Shown: positions 16,263-24,519 of the stretch, piece by piece
Layout: each line of letters opens with the position of its first letter
Numbering within the stretch: position 1 is the stretch's first letter
DNA from: Vibrio vulnificus CMCP6
GTDB lineage: Bacteria; Pseudomonadota; Gammaproteobacteria; Enterobacterales; Vibrionaceae
DNA length: 32,000 bases
Assembly: GCF_000039765.1 (NCBI RefSeq)
Contig: NC_004460.2
Location: forward strand, 1,050,001 to 1,082,000
Reading direction: 5' to 3'
Position numbers and translations under genes: made by a program
Notes under the pieces: generated by a model
Told to the model about the DNA's origin: nothing
The model's database searches: none
What the model saw: only the letters and a program-made list of their open reading frames with translations

Positions 16263-18323
16263 ATGAAAAAACGAGTGGTAGTGCTCATCGCTATCGTCAT
16301 GTGGTTATTTGTCAGCCAATGGGCGGGGAAAGAGCTGGTGCGCCAGTGGCAAACCTCGCGCTCAGTGGTTGACGCGCAGCAACATTTTCTCGATTACATC
16401 GGCGATGTGCGTCGCGCCTTGCAGCGTTTTTATCACTTGCCCTATCTGCTCACCAGCAACAATCACAGCGAACGGTTTCTCAATGGTGAGCGCTCACTCT
16501 ATTCTGAACTCAGACGCGAGTTGACTCTGCTGGATAAAGCGGCCAATACCAAAGGCTGGTATCTGCTCTCTGCCAGTGGCGATGTGCTGGTGTCCAGCTT
16601 GGAAAACGAAGCATTGAGCGAGCAAGATCTCGATGCCATTGTGGAACAAATTCACGCACAAGGGGAAGGGGTCGCTCTGGTCAGCAAAGCCAAGGGGGCG
16701 TCACCATTTTTCTATCTGGCGGCGCCGGTGTACCTCGATTTTGGCATCGCAGGCATTGCCGTGGTGCAAATCAATTTGCGCCTACTCACCGAACAATGGC
16801 TGCTCAGTAGCGATGCCATTTTGTTTCAAAACCAACGTGGTCACTATTTTCTTTCCAGCCACCCGACGCTCACCGCCGATGAGCTGAATGACCGCCTCAG
16901 TGAGATCCAGCAAAGCGAGGCGACATTGCGCGATGGCACGCGTTTGCAATTCTGGCAACTGGAACAACGCCGCTTTCTTGCTCAAACCATTGTTTTGGAC
17001 GATCTCAAATGGCAACTCACCTACCTCACGGATTACCAGCCGATACAGCAAGCGAGCAGCCGCGCAGGTTGGGCGATCCTGTTGGCCAACTTTGTGCTGC
17101 TGTTGGTGGGCGTGATCGCCTATCAACGCCATCAAAAATCGCTCAGCAACCAACGCATCCAACGTTTATTGGATGAGTCGCGCCAGCGGATGAGTCAGAT
17201 GATCAACAAAACCCATGTCGGGCTGTTGCTGCTGAATGGTCATGGTGAGATTGAAGACCTCAACCCGATGGCCAAACGCTATTTCAGCCTCTCCGATTCG
17301 ATGAGTAAACGCGCCCCTGCATGGCAACTGTTTGATACCGGCAATGCCGCCTCCACCACCTTGCAACTGCTGAGAAACTTACCCAAGCATCGCGATCTTG
17401 CGGAGGTGAGTGCAGTGGAAACCATGGGCAGGCGCAGCGATGGCAGCCAATTTCCGTTGCTGTTTTCTCTCACCGCTTTTCCCTGGCATGGCGAGCTTTA
17501 CTATCTCGCCACAGTGCTCGACATCAGCAAACGCAAAAAAGCCGAACAAGCTCTGCAAAAGGCCAACCAAGAGCTGGCGGAACGGGTGGAAGAACGCACC
17601 GCGGCGCTGCGTTCAGCGCAACAAGAATTAATCGAAAGCAGCAAATTAGCGGCGCTGGGTAGGATGTCGAGCGCGATCACTCACGAGCTCAATCAACCGC
17701 TGACAGGGCTAAAAACCCTGCTCACCAGTAACGAGATACTGCTTGAGCGGGGTGAAATGGCGATGTTGCAAGCCAACAATCGACTTATCCATCGCCTGAT
17801 TGATCGCATGGGCAAAATGACCAGCCAGCTTAAATCCTTCGCCTATCAAAAGCCGGACCAGCTTTGCCCAGTCTCCCTGCCGGATGCGTTACAAGAAACC
17901 TTGCGCATTTACCAAGCCGAGCTCGCCCCCATTGATGTACGGGTGCGTTTACCGCATCCACTGGCCGATGTGTTGGGAGAAGAACAACGCTTACGACAAG
18001 TGCTGGGCAACCTGATCTCCAACGCTGTGGACGCAATGAAACACACCGTGCAGCCACAATTGATGATCTCAGCCACCACCTCAGCAACAGCGCTGACGCT
18101 CACCTTGAGTGACAACGGCTGCGGCGTCAGCGAGGAGCAACTGAGCCAGATGTTTGAACCCTTTGCGACAAGCAAAAAAATTGGCGAAGGGCTGGGCTTG
18201 GGCCTGTCGATTACCGCCAACAACATGCGCGATATGCAAGGGCGGATTGCGGTCAACAAAAACGCCAGTGCCGGACTCACCTTTACATTGACGTTTTTAC
18301 TCGCAGAGCCTTCCATATCCTAA
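16263..18323 (+). CDS. DctB-like sensor histidine kinase: double-PDC/dCache-like periplasmic domain, PAS, HisKA, HATPase; 686 aa
   Basis: ATG at 16263 follows AAGGAGG (16249-16255). An N-terminal TM (VVVLIAIVMWLFV) is followed by a ~270-aa periplasmic region, a second TM, PAS, the H-box SSAITHELNQPLTG, and ATPase motifs DNGCGV and GEGLGLGLSI. The 204 upstream codons of track ORF 15651.. are antisense to the regulator gene. Confidence 0.85.
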   Translation: MKKRVVVLIAIVMWLFVSQWAGKELVRQWQTSRSVVDAQQHFLDYIGDVRRALQRFYHLPYLLTSNNHSERFLNGERSLYSELRRELTLLDKAANTKGWYLLSASGDVLVSSLENEALSEQDLDAIVEQIHAQGEGVALVSKAKGASPFFYLAAPVYLDFGIAGIAVVQINLRLLTEQWLLSSDAILFQNQRGHYFLSSHPTLTADELNDRLSEIQQSEATLRDGTRLQFWQLEQRRFLAQTIVLDDLKWQLTYLTDYQPIQQASSRAGWAILLANFVLLLVGVIAYQRHQKSLSNQRIQRLLDESRQRMSQMINKTHVGLLLLNGHGEIEDLNPMAKRYFSLSDSMSKRAPAWQLFDTGNAASTTLQLLRNLPKHRDLAEVSAVETMGRRSDGSQFPLLFSLTAFPWHGELYYLATVLDISKRKKAEQALQKANQELAERVEERTAALRSAQQELIESSKLAALGRMSSAITHELNQPLTGLKTLLTSNEILLERGEMAMLQANNRLIHRLIDRMGKMTSQLKSFAYQKPDQLCPVSLPDALQETLRIYQAELAPIDVRVRLPHPLADVLGEEQRLRQVLGNLISNAVDAMKHTVQPQLMISATTSATALTLTLSDNGCGVSEEQLSQMFEPFATSKKIGEGLGLGLSITANNMRDMQGRIAVNKNASAGLTFTLTFLLAEPSIS

Positions 18324-18376
18324 ATAGACTTCTAGGCTGCATGGCCGTTAAGCGACTGCGCGAACGACTGTGCAAA

Positions 18377-18841
18377 TTACTGCGTCACAGCCTGCACAAT
18401 CTGCAGCTCATAGGCCTGCTCGTAGCTAAGCTCATTATTGATTAAGGCGCCAAGGGCCGCCTCACTTAACAGCATCACCTGTTGCGCATTTTCAGGCGGA
18501 GGCACATGAATGGTGAGCCCATCCATTTGCCGCTTTGACCACAATTGACTGTCCACCAAATAGATGTAGCTTTCCGCTGCGACCGCATCCGGCCATTGCT
18601 TGTTGAGCAAGGTTAACCACCACTGCGCACGCGCCAGTCCTTTGCTGCCCGCCAATCTCTGCGGTTTGGTAATGTGTTGCGCATCAATCGCTTCGCGAGT
18701 GGCTATCGCGATGTCTAACGCGCCGGGATAACTCTCCGCAAACGGGTTATTAAATTGCCCATCATAAGAGCAAGCCAGCACAGGCTGGCTTGCCATTAAG
18801 GACAACAAACCCAAGAGAGGTAAGTGCCTACTTCGCACCAT
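18377..18841 (-). CDS. Hypothetical exported protein, 154 aa, no recognisable family
   Basis: ATG with GAGGG 7 nt upstream. The RBS overlaps the end of the alkylsulfatase gene (13-nt gap). The N-terminus MVRSRHLPLLGLLSLMASQPVLAC looks like a signal peptide, possibly a lipoprotein. Confidence 0.6.
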   Translation of the reverse strand: MVRSRHLPLLGLLSLMASQPVLACSYDGQFNNPFAESYPGALDIAIATREAIDAQHITKPQRLAGSKGLARAQWWLTLLNKQWPDAVAAESYIYLVDSQLWSKRQMDGLTIHVPPPENAQQVMLLSEAALGALINNELSYEQAYELQIVQAVTQ

Positions 18842-18854
18842 AACTATGCCCTCT

Positions 18855-20816
18855 CTATGGCGTCACAATGTTGAACCAGAAATCAAACTTATCCAGCATG
18901 CCAACAAAGTCTTTAAACACCTGCGTATTGCCTTTTAGTTGCACATCACCATCAGCAATTGCTTTCTCCAAGGTAATGTTGCCAAGCTGAACATCGTCTA
19001 AAGTCGCCTTGGTCAAATTCAACGTCACGTCGGCTTTTTTCGCTTGCTTACGCGTGTGGTTGAGCACCGAGTTTTCCACATACAAGGTGTACTGCTCATC
19101 TAAATCGGTGAAATTGATGTTGATGGCGAAGGTTTTACCCGCGGCTTTTTCTGGCAAAATGCGCACCGCTAGGTAATCAAACAACATCTCTGGCGGCATG
19201 TTTTTGATGATGTCGGGCGAGGCCGTATTGGTGCCTCCCGCTTTGGGCGTCCCGTTTCTTAGCTCATAAGCCCCTTGCAAGTAGACCGAGCGCCAAGGGC
19301 CAGATTCCGCTTGATACCCCAACTGCTCGTAAGTATCGGCGAGCAACGCTTTGCCACGCTTACTTTGTGGGTTAGCAAAAACAACATGTTTGAGCACTTC
19401 CGCCACCCAGCGGTAGTTGCCTTTATCGAAATCCGCTTGCGCCTTGTCGATGGTTGCGCTTTCGCCGCCCATGTACTCAACGTATTTCACCGCTGCGTTG
19501 GTTGGCGGTAAGTTGTTGAGATCGGAAGGATTACCAGAATACCAACCCATGTAGCGCTGATAAACCGCTCGGCTGTTGTGGCGCAAGGTGCCGTAGTAAC
19601 CGCGTGTACTCCAGTTCTTCTCCAACTCCTCTGGGAATTGAATCACTTCCGAGATTTCAGAGCCGATGTACCCTTGGTTCATCAAGCGTACGGTTTGGTC
19701 GTGCGTGTACTTGTACATATCACGCTGGCCTTTAAAGTAAGCAACAATCTCTTTGCTGCCCCACATTGGCCAGTGGTGACTTTGGAATTTCACTTCCACC
19801 TCATCACCCCACATTTCAATGGTTTCGTTGAGGTAAGAGGACCACTTGAGCGCATCACGCACCTGCGCTCCGCGCAACGTGAGGATGTTGTGCATGGTGT
19901 TGGTGGAGTTCTCTGCCATCCACAACGCTTTTTTGTCTGGGAACCAAGTATTGATTTCGGTTGGTGCTTCCGTGCCTGGGGTGTATTGGAACACCATGCG
20001 CACGCCATCCACCGTCAGCTCTTCACCGGTTTTTTCAATAATACGGGTGGGGACAATCAAGGTTGGTAAGCCCGTTGACGTGGTTTGGCCTAAGCCACCG
20101 TTGACCCCGCCACGTTCATTGCGCGGCAGCAAAGCACCATACATATAGATCGCGCGTCGGCCCATCGCATTGCCTGCAATCACGTTTTCTGACACTGCAT
20201 GTTCCGTGAAGCCGTGTGAGGCAATGATCTCCACCTTGCCCGCTTTCACATCTTCTTCATTCACGATGCCGCGAACCCCACCAAAGTGGTCAATGTGACT
20301 GTGCGAGTAGATCACCGCCGTCACTGGGCGCTCACCAAGCTGAGCGTTAACAAACTCCAGCGCCGCTTTAGCGGTTTCTTGGGAAATCAACGGGTCGAAG
20401 ACGATCCACCCTTTATCCCCTTTAATAAAGGTGATGTTGGAAAGATCGTAAGCGCGCACCTGATAAATGCCCTCAGTCACCTCAAACAGACCATTGATCA
20501 TATTGAGCTGCGCGTTACGCCATAAACTGGGGTTCACGCTATCTGGCGCTTTATTTTCTAGCGAGATGAACTGCTTGTACGCTTCCAGATCCCACACCAC
20601 ATCGCCATTGGCGTTTTTGATGATGACCACATCTTGTTTGGCGATCAAACCTCGTTGGGCATTCTTAAAATCGGTTTCATCCTTAAAATTTAACGCTTGA
20701 TACACCGCCTGATTGGCTTCAATCGTGGCTTGTGTCGCCGGTTTAGATGGGATGGGTTCGGCCAGAACGGCCCCTGACGTGAGCGCGAGCGCGATATACA
20801 AAGAGAGTGGTTTCAT
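18855..20816 (-). CDS. Alkyl/aryl-sulfatase of the metallo-beta-lactamase fold (SdsA1/YjcS/BDS1 family), secreted
   Basis: MBL motif YSHSHIDHFGG, length of ~650 aa, and a C-terminal SCP2-like region as in SdsA1/YjcS. The signal peptide is MKPLSLYIALALTSGAVLA. I place the start at the second ATG (20816), which is 6 nt after AAAGGA. The track start 20822 abuts the RBS. Confidence 0.85.
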   Translation of the reverse strand: MKPLSLYIALALTSGAVLAEPIPSKPATQATIEANQAVYQALNFKDETDFKNAQRGLIAKQDVVIIKNANGDVVWDLEAYKQFISLENKAPDSVNPSLWRNAQLNMINGLFEVTEGIYQVRAYDLSNITFIKGDKGWIVFDPLISQETAKAALEFVNAQLGERPVTAVIYSHSHIDHFGGVRGIVNEEDVKAGKVEIIASHGFTEHAVSENVIAGNAMGRRAIYMYGALLPRNERGGVNGGLGQTTSTGLPTLIVPTRIIEKTGEELTVDGVRMVFQYTPGTEAPTEINTWFPDKKALWMAENSTNTMHNILTLRGAQVRDALKWSSYLNETIEMWGDEVEVKFQSHHWPMWGSKEIVAYFKGQRDMYKYTHDQTVRLMNQGYIGSEISEVIQFPEELEKNWSTRGYYGTLRHNSRAVYQRYMGWYSGNPSDLNNLPPTNAAVKYVEYMGGESATIDKAQADFDKGNYRWVAEVLKHVVFANPQSKRGKALLADTYEQLGYQAESGPWRSVYLQGAYELRNGTPKAGGTNTASPDIIKNMPPEMLFDYLAVRILPEKAAGKTFAININFTDLDEQYTLYVENSVLNHTRKQAKKADVTLNLTKATLDDVQLGNITLEKAIADGDVQLKGNTQVFKDFVGMLDKFDFWFNIVTP

Positions 20817-20968
20817 TGTCATTCCTTTTATGAACCTAACTGCACTCCAACAACGTAGACCACGCTCATCGCGTTCGCCATTTTCTACTGTTTTTTCATT
20901 GAGATATCGGGCACAGAATCAAACTTATCTTGCGAATGAGAGCCGTTGCATCCACGCAACAAAACAAC

Positions 20969-20984
20969 ATGACAAATTTGTCAT
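20969..20984. promoter_or_regulatory. CusR/HprR-type box (perfect palindrome ATGACAA-AT-TTGTCAT)
   Basis: It matches the core of the recalled E. coli CusR box AAAATGACAAnnTTGTCATTTT. It lies 78 bp upstream of the 21062 gene and ~150 bp upstream of the divergent sulfatase start. Confidence 0.6.
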
Positions 20985-21061
20985 CTCAACGACCCTTTCT
21001 CGTCAGCGCCGATCGATACACTTTGCTTAACCCCTAGATAACTAGAGTTAAGGAAGCAACA

Positions 21062-21442
21062 ATGAAAAAAGTAACCACCACTCTTCTTGCTTCTGCTGGC
21101 TTAATTTTCGCGTCAACCAGTTGGGCGGCGCTGCAAACGCCACCGCCAAACTACACGTTTACCACTAAGCACTACAGCAAAACCACCGAGTTGTATGGCA
21201 GCCAGCAAGCAGCTTACGATGCTGGTGTGGTGCTGCTGGCCAACTTGCAAGCCGCATCGCCACAAGAACTAAAGGCCAAATTCAATGTCATAGCCTATGA
21301 CCCAACGGAAACCAACAGCATTGAGCTCAAAGATGGCGCAGAAATCAGCACCAAAGTGATCATCGATGAGCAAGGTGACACCCGCTACCAAGGTGTGGTC
21401 AACGTGGGTTATCAATATTTGAAACGAGATGAGAACAGCTAA
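21062..21442 (+). CDS. Small secreted protein of unknown function, 126 aa (paralogue of 9168..9515)
   Basis: AAGGAAG RBS. Signal peptide MKKVTTTLLASAGLIFASTSWA. It shares QAAYDAG, SPQEL and VVNVGYQYLKRDENS with the other copy. The mature protein has no Cys or Met and a single His. Confidence 0.7.
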   Translation: MKKVTTTLLASAGLIFASTSWAALQTPPPNYTFTTKHYSKTTELYGSQQAAYDAGVVLLANLQAASPQELKAKFNVIAYDPTETNSIELKDGAEISTKVIIDEQGDTRYQGVVNVGYQYLKRDENS

Positions 21443-21528
21443 TCTCCATCAAACCGCGTTTGGTAGGGCTCACCCCTAGCCCTGCCACGCTTTAGCTGGC
21501 CTCATTGTGACACTCGGTTAAGGCAGTT

Positions 21529-22224
21529 ATGAAACTTCTGATCATTGAAGACGAAAAGAAAACCGGGACGTATTTAAGAAAAGGACTTTCAGAAGCAGGC
21601 TATCTCGTCAATCTTGCCTGCGATGGGGTTGATGGCCTCTATCAAGCCACCAGCCAACGCTATGATTTAATTGTATTGGACGTGATGTTGCCCCACCTCA
21701 ATGGTTGGCAAGTGTTGCGCGCTCTGCGCAGTAACCAAGTCGACACCCCGGTGATTCTGCTCACCGCACGCGATCAAGTCGAAGATCGAGTCAAAGGACT
21801 GGAACTGGGCGCTGATGATTACATCGTTAAACCCTTCGCCTTTGTCGAACTGTTGGCGCGCATTCGCACCGTGCTCAAACGCCAACAACCCACCACCCAA
21901 AGCACCACCCGGCTTTCCATCGCCAATCTCCATCTGGATCTGTTGCGACGCAAAGTGTTTCGCGACAAAGAACCCATTGCCCTCACCGCCAAAGAGTTTG
22001 CCTTGTTGGAGCTGTTTATGCGCAAAACGGGGGAAGTGATGTCGCGCAGCCAAATCGCCTCTTCCGTTTGGGACATGAATTTCGACAGTGACACCAATGT
22101 CATCGACGTGGCCGTGCGGCGGCTGCGCAATAAAGTCGACAAACCGTTTGAGCCGAAATTGATTCACACTGAACGTGGCATGGGCTACGTGCTTGAGGAG
22201 CGAGAGCCTTGTTATGGGATTTAG
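21529..22224 (+). CDS. OmpR-family response regulator of the CusR/CopR/HprR (heavy-metal) subfamily
   Basis: Strong colinear similarity to recalled E. coli CusR: MKLLI(V/I)[60 protein letters not shown] and FEPKLI-T-RG-GY-LE. Confidence 0.9.
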   Translation: MKLLIIEDEKKTGTYLRKGLSEAGYLVNLACDGVDGLYQATSQRYDLIVLDVMLPHLNGWQVLRALRSNQVDTPVILLTARDQVEDRVKGLELGADDYIVKPFAFVELLARIRTVLKRQQPTTQSTTRLSIANLHLDLLRRKVFRDKEPIALTAKEFALLELFMRKTGEVMSRSQIASSVWDMNFDSDTNVIDVAVRRLRNKVDKPFEPKLIHTERGMGYVLEEREPCYGI

Positions 22225-23566
22225 ATCGATCACCACTCGGCTGACTTTTTCCTACTTTTTTGCCTCTCTGTTGGTACTTGTGTCACTGAGTGCCGCGGTA
22301 CTGTGGGCGGTCAAACATCATCTTTACGAGCAAGATCGCTACAACTTACAGCAAAAGTTCAACACGATTAACGAACTGAGAGTGCGAGGCGATTTCATCA
22401 GCCAATATGGCCCTTTCTTTGAAAAAGGCGACACCAAACTCTGGCTGCTCAATGGCAATCAGGTGGAATACCAGTCTCAATCGCTCGCTTTGCCGCAAAG
22501 GTTCATCAACAAAGCCAGCATGGAACGCATAGATTGGCAGGAAAATGGCCACCATTACCGAGCCATCCGTTTCCCGCTGAGTAGCTCGCCAGAGTGGTAC
22601 GCGGTGTTGGGGCTGAACATCGACCTGCACATTACCTTTCTGTCCAACTTCAAACAGGTGCTGCTGTGGATCACCTTTTTCGCCAGCATCGTCAGTGGCT
22701 TTCTCAGTTGGTTCATTGCGCGCAAAGGGCTCAAACCTTTGGCCAAACTTGAACAATACGTGGATGCCATTTCTACGGAAGAGCTCAGTGTCCGCGTCCC
22801 ACAGCAGCCCTTTCCGGAGGAATTATTGCCATTGGTGGCACGTTTCAACCGCATGCTTTCTCGCCTTCAGGGCGATTTTGAACGCCTATCGGAATTTTCA
22901 TCCGACATCGCCCACGAGCTGCGCACCCCCATCGGCAATATGATGACGCAAACCCAAGTGATGCTGGCCAAACCGCGCAGTGAGCAAGAATATCGCGATA
23001 TTTTGGAATCCAACGCCGAAGAGCTCAGTCGTCTCACCAAAACCATCTCCGATATGCTCTATTTGGCCAAATCGGAGCACAACTTGTTGATGAAAAACAA
23101 CGAGCCGATCGACCTCAAATTGCTGCTGGAGGATCTGGCGGAATACTACGAGTTAGCGGGGGATGAAAAGTCCCTCACCATTACTTGTTTTGGTGAAGGG
23201 CAAGTGGTCGGGGACAGAACCATGCTAAAGCGTGCGTTCGCCAACTTGCTCTCCAACGCGGTGCGCCACAGTTACCCAGAGAGCAATATCACCGTCGAGA
23301 TTTTCCCGCATTTGATCGGCTACCAAATTGCCGTGACCAATCACGGAGAGACCATCGAATCCACGCAAATCCCACGCTTATTCGAGCGTTTCTATCGCGC
23401 CGACAAATCGCGCACTCACCAACAAAGTGGTGGCGCGGGCTTGGGCTTACCCATTTCTCGTTCCATAGCCAAATTGCATGGCGGCGATATTTACGCCCAG
23501 TCCAAGCACGACTTAACCACCTTTACGCTCACCTTGAGTGATGTAGTTATCCATCCGGCTCACTGA
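22214..23566 (+). CDS. CusS-like (heavy-metal-type) sensor histidine kinase, 450 aa
   Basis: The ATG at 22214 overlaps the regulator stop by 11 nt. Two TMs flank a ~150-aa periplasmic loop. HAMP is followed by the H-box [13 protein letters not shown] and ATPase motifs [10 protein letters not shown] and [19 protein letters not shown]. Confidence 0.85.
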   Translation: MGFRSITTRLTFSYFFASLLVLVSLSAAVLWAVKHHLYEQDRYNLQQKFNTINELRVRGDFISQYGPFFEKGDTKLWLLNGNQVEYQSQSLALPQRFINKASMERIDWQENGHHYRAIRFPLSSSPEWYAVLGLNIDLHITFLSNFKQVLLWITFFASIVSGFLSWFIARKGLKPLAKLEQYVDAISTEELSVRVPQQPFPEELLPLVARFNRMLSRLQGDFERLSEFSSDIAHELRTPIGNMMTQTQVMLAKPRSEQEYRDILESNAEELSRLTKTISDMLYLAKSEHNLLMKNNEPIDLKLLLEDLAEYYELAGDEKSLTITCFGEGQVVGDRTMLKRAFANLLSNAVRHSYPESNITVEIFPHLIGYQIAVTNHGETIESTQIPRLFERFYRADKSRTHQQSGGAGLGLPISRSIAKLHGGDIYAQSKHDLTTFTLTLSDVVIHPAH

Positions 23567-24420
23567 AATTTTTCGCGAAACAGCTCAATCAGCACTTTCA
23601 CTTTCTCCGGAAGGTAAAGTGCTGACGGGTAGATTAAGGTCAAGTGTTGTTTCGCATGGGTGAGGTGGGGCAACACTTCCACTAAGTTGCCCTCTTCCAA
23701 CGCGGGTTTGGAATGTACTTGCGGAATAAACGCAATCCCTTGCCCTGCCATCGCCATGGAACGCAGCAAATGCAAATCGTCCGATTTCAGTGCCAGCGGC
23801 AAACTGGGATCCAGCAAGTCAGCATTGTAGCGGTTGGTCAGCAAGCGGTGCTGGCGCAAATCTTCTAAGCAATGAATCGCAGGATGCGTTGCTAAGTAAG
23901 CTTGCGAGGCCACCAAATGCGAGCGATAGGGAAGCAAGCTAAACTGCACATAGCTGTCGTCACTGACCTTCGCCCCATCAGGCAAGAGCTGAAGATCGAA
24001 CGCCTGACGGCGCAGATCGACACTTTGCTGATGGTTTTCAATCTCCAAGGAGACCGAGGGAAAACGCAGGCTAAATTGGCTGATGATGGCGTTAAACGCC
24101 GCCGAGGTCATCAAAGCCGAAGGGATCGCCAAACGTACTTTACCCCCCGATGGCTGATTGTGCTCAGACATCACCGCCAACCCTTGTTGCAAATGCGTCA
24201 TCGGCTGACCCACCAGTTCAATCAAGCGTTGACCTTGCTCGGTCAATTCAATTGAGCGCGTGGTGCGAATCAACAACTGACACCCCAGCGCCTTTTCCAG
24301 CTCTTGCAAACGGCGGCTGACTTTAGAGCGTTGCATTTTCTGCACGTTGGCTGCGGCACTGATGCCGCCATGCATCACCGTTTGGGTAAACAGATAGAGA
24401 TCATCGAGACTGACGTTCAT
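23560..24420 (-). CDS. LysR-family transcriptional regulator (AaeR-like position)
   Basis: N-terminal wHTH (GGISAAANVQKMQRSKVSRRLQELEKALGCQLLIRTTR) and a LysR substrate-binding fold. It is divergent from the HlyD gene. Its 3' end overlaps the kinase stop by 7 bp (convergent). Confidence 0.85.
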   Translation of the reverse strand: MNVSLDDLYLFTQTVMHGGISAAANVQKMQRSKVSRRLQELEKALGCQLLIRTTRSIELTEQGQRLIELVGQPMTHLQQGLAVMSEHNQPSGGKVRLAIPSALMTSAAFNAIISQFSLRFPSVSLEIENHQQSVDLRRQAFDLQLLPDGAKVSDDSYVQFSLLPYRSHLVASQAYLATHPAIHCLEDLRQHRLLTNRYNADLLDPSLPLALKSDDLHLLRSMAMAGQGIAFIPQVHSKPALEEGNLVEVLPHLTHAKQHLTLIYPSALYLPEKVKVLIELFREKFQ

Positions 24421-24519
24421 TGTCCTACTTTTAGCTCATTAATGTCTTTTTTCACATTCTACTGCACAACGTCTCCCTTCTCTATAATCGCACTCTTTCT
24501 TTTTAAACTGATAGATTCT

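Noticed and set aside
24442-24519. Upstream in-frame ATG that would add 26 hydrophobic residues to the HlyD protein, or an AaeX-like mini-gene
   Set aside because: The ATG lies 22 nt from the divergent lysR start with no RBS. The putative -10 (TATAAT at 24483) would fall inside it. There is no separate small ORF with its own stop.
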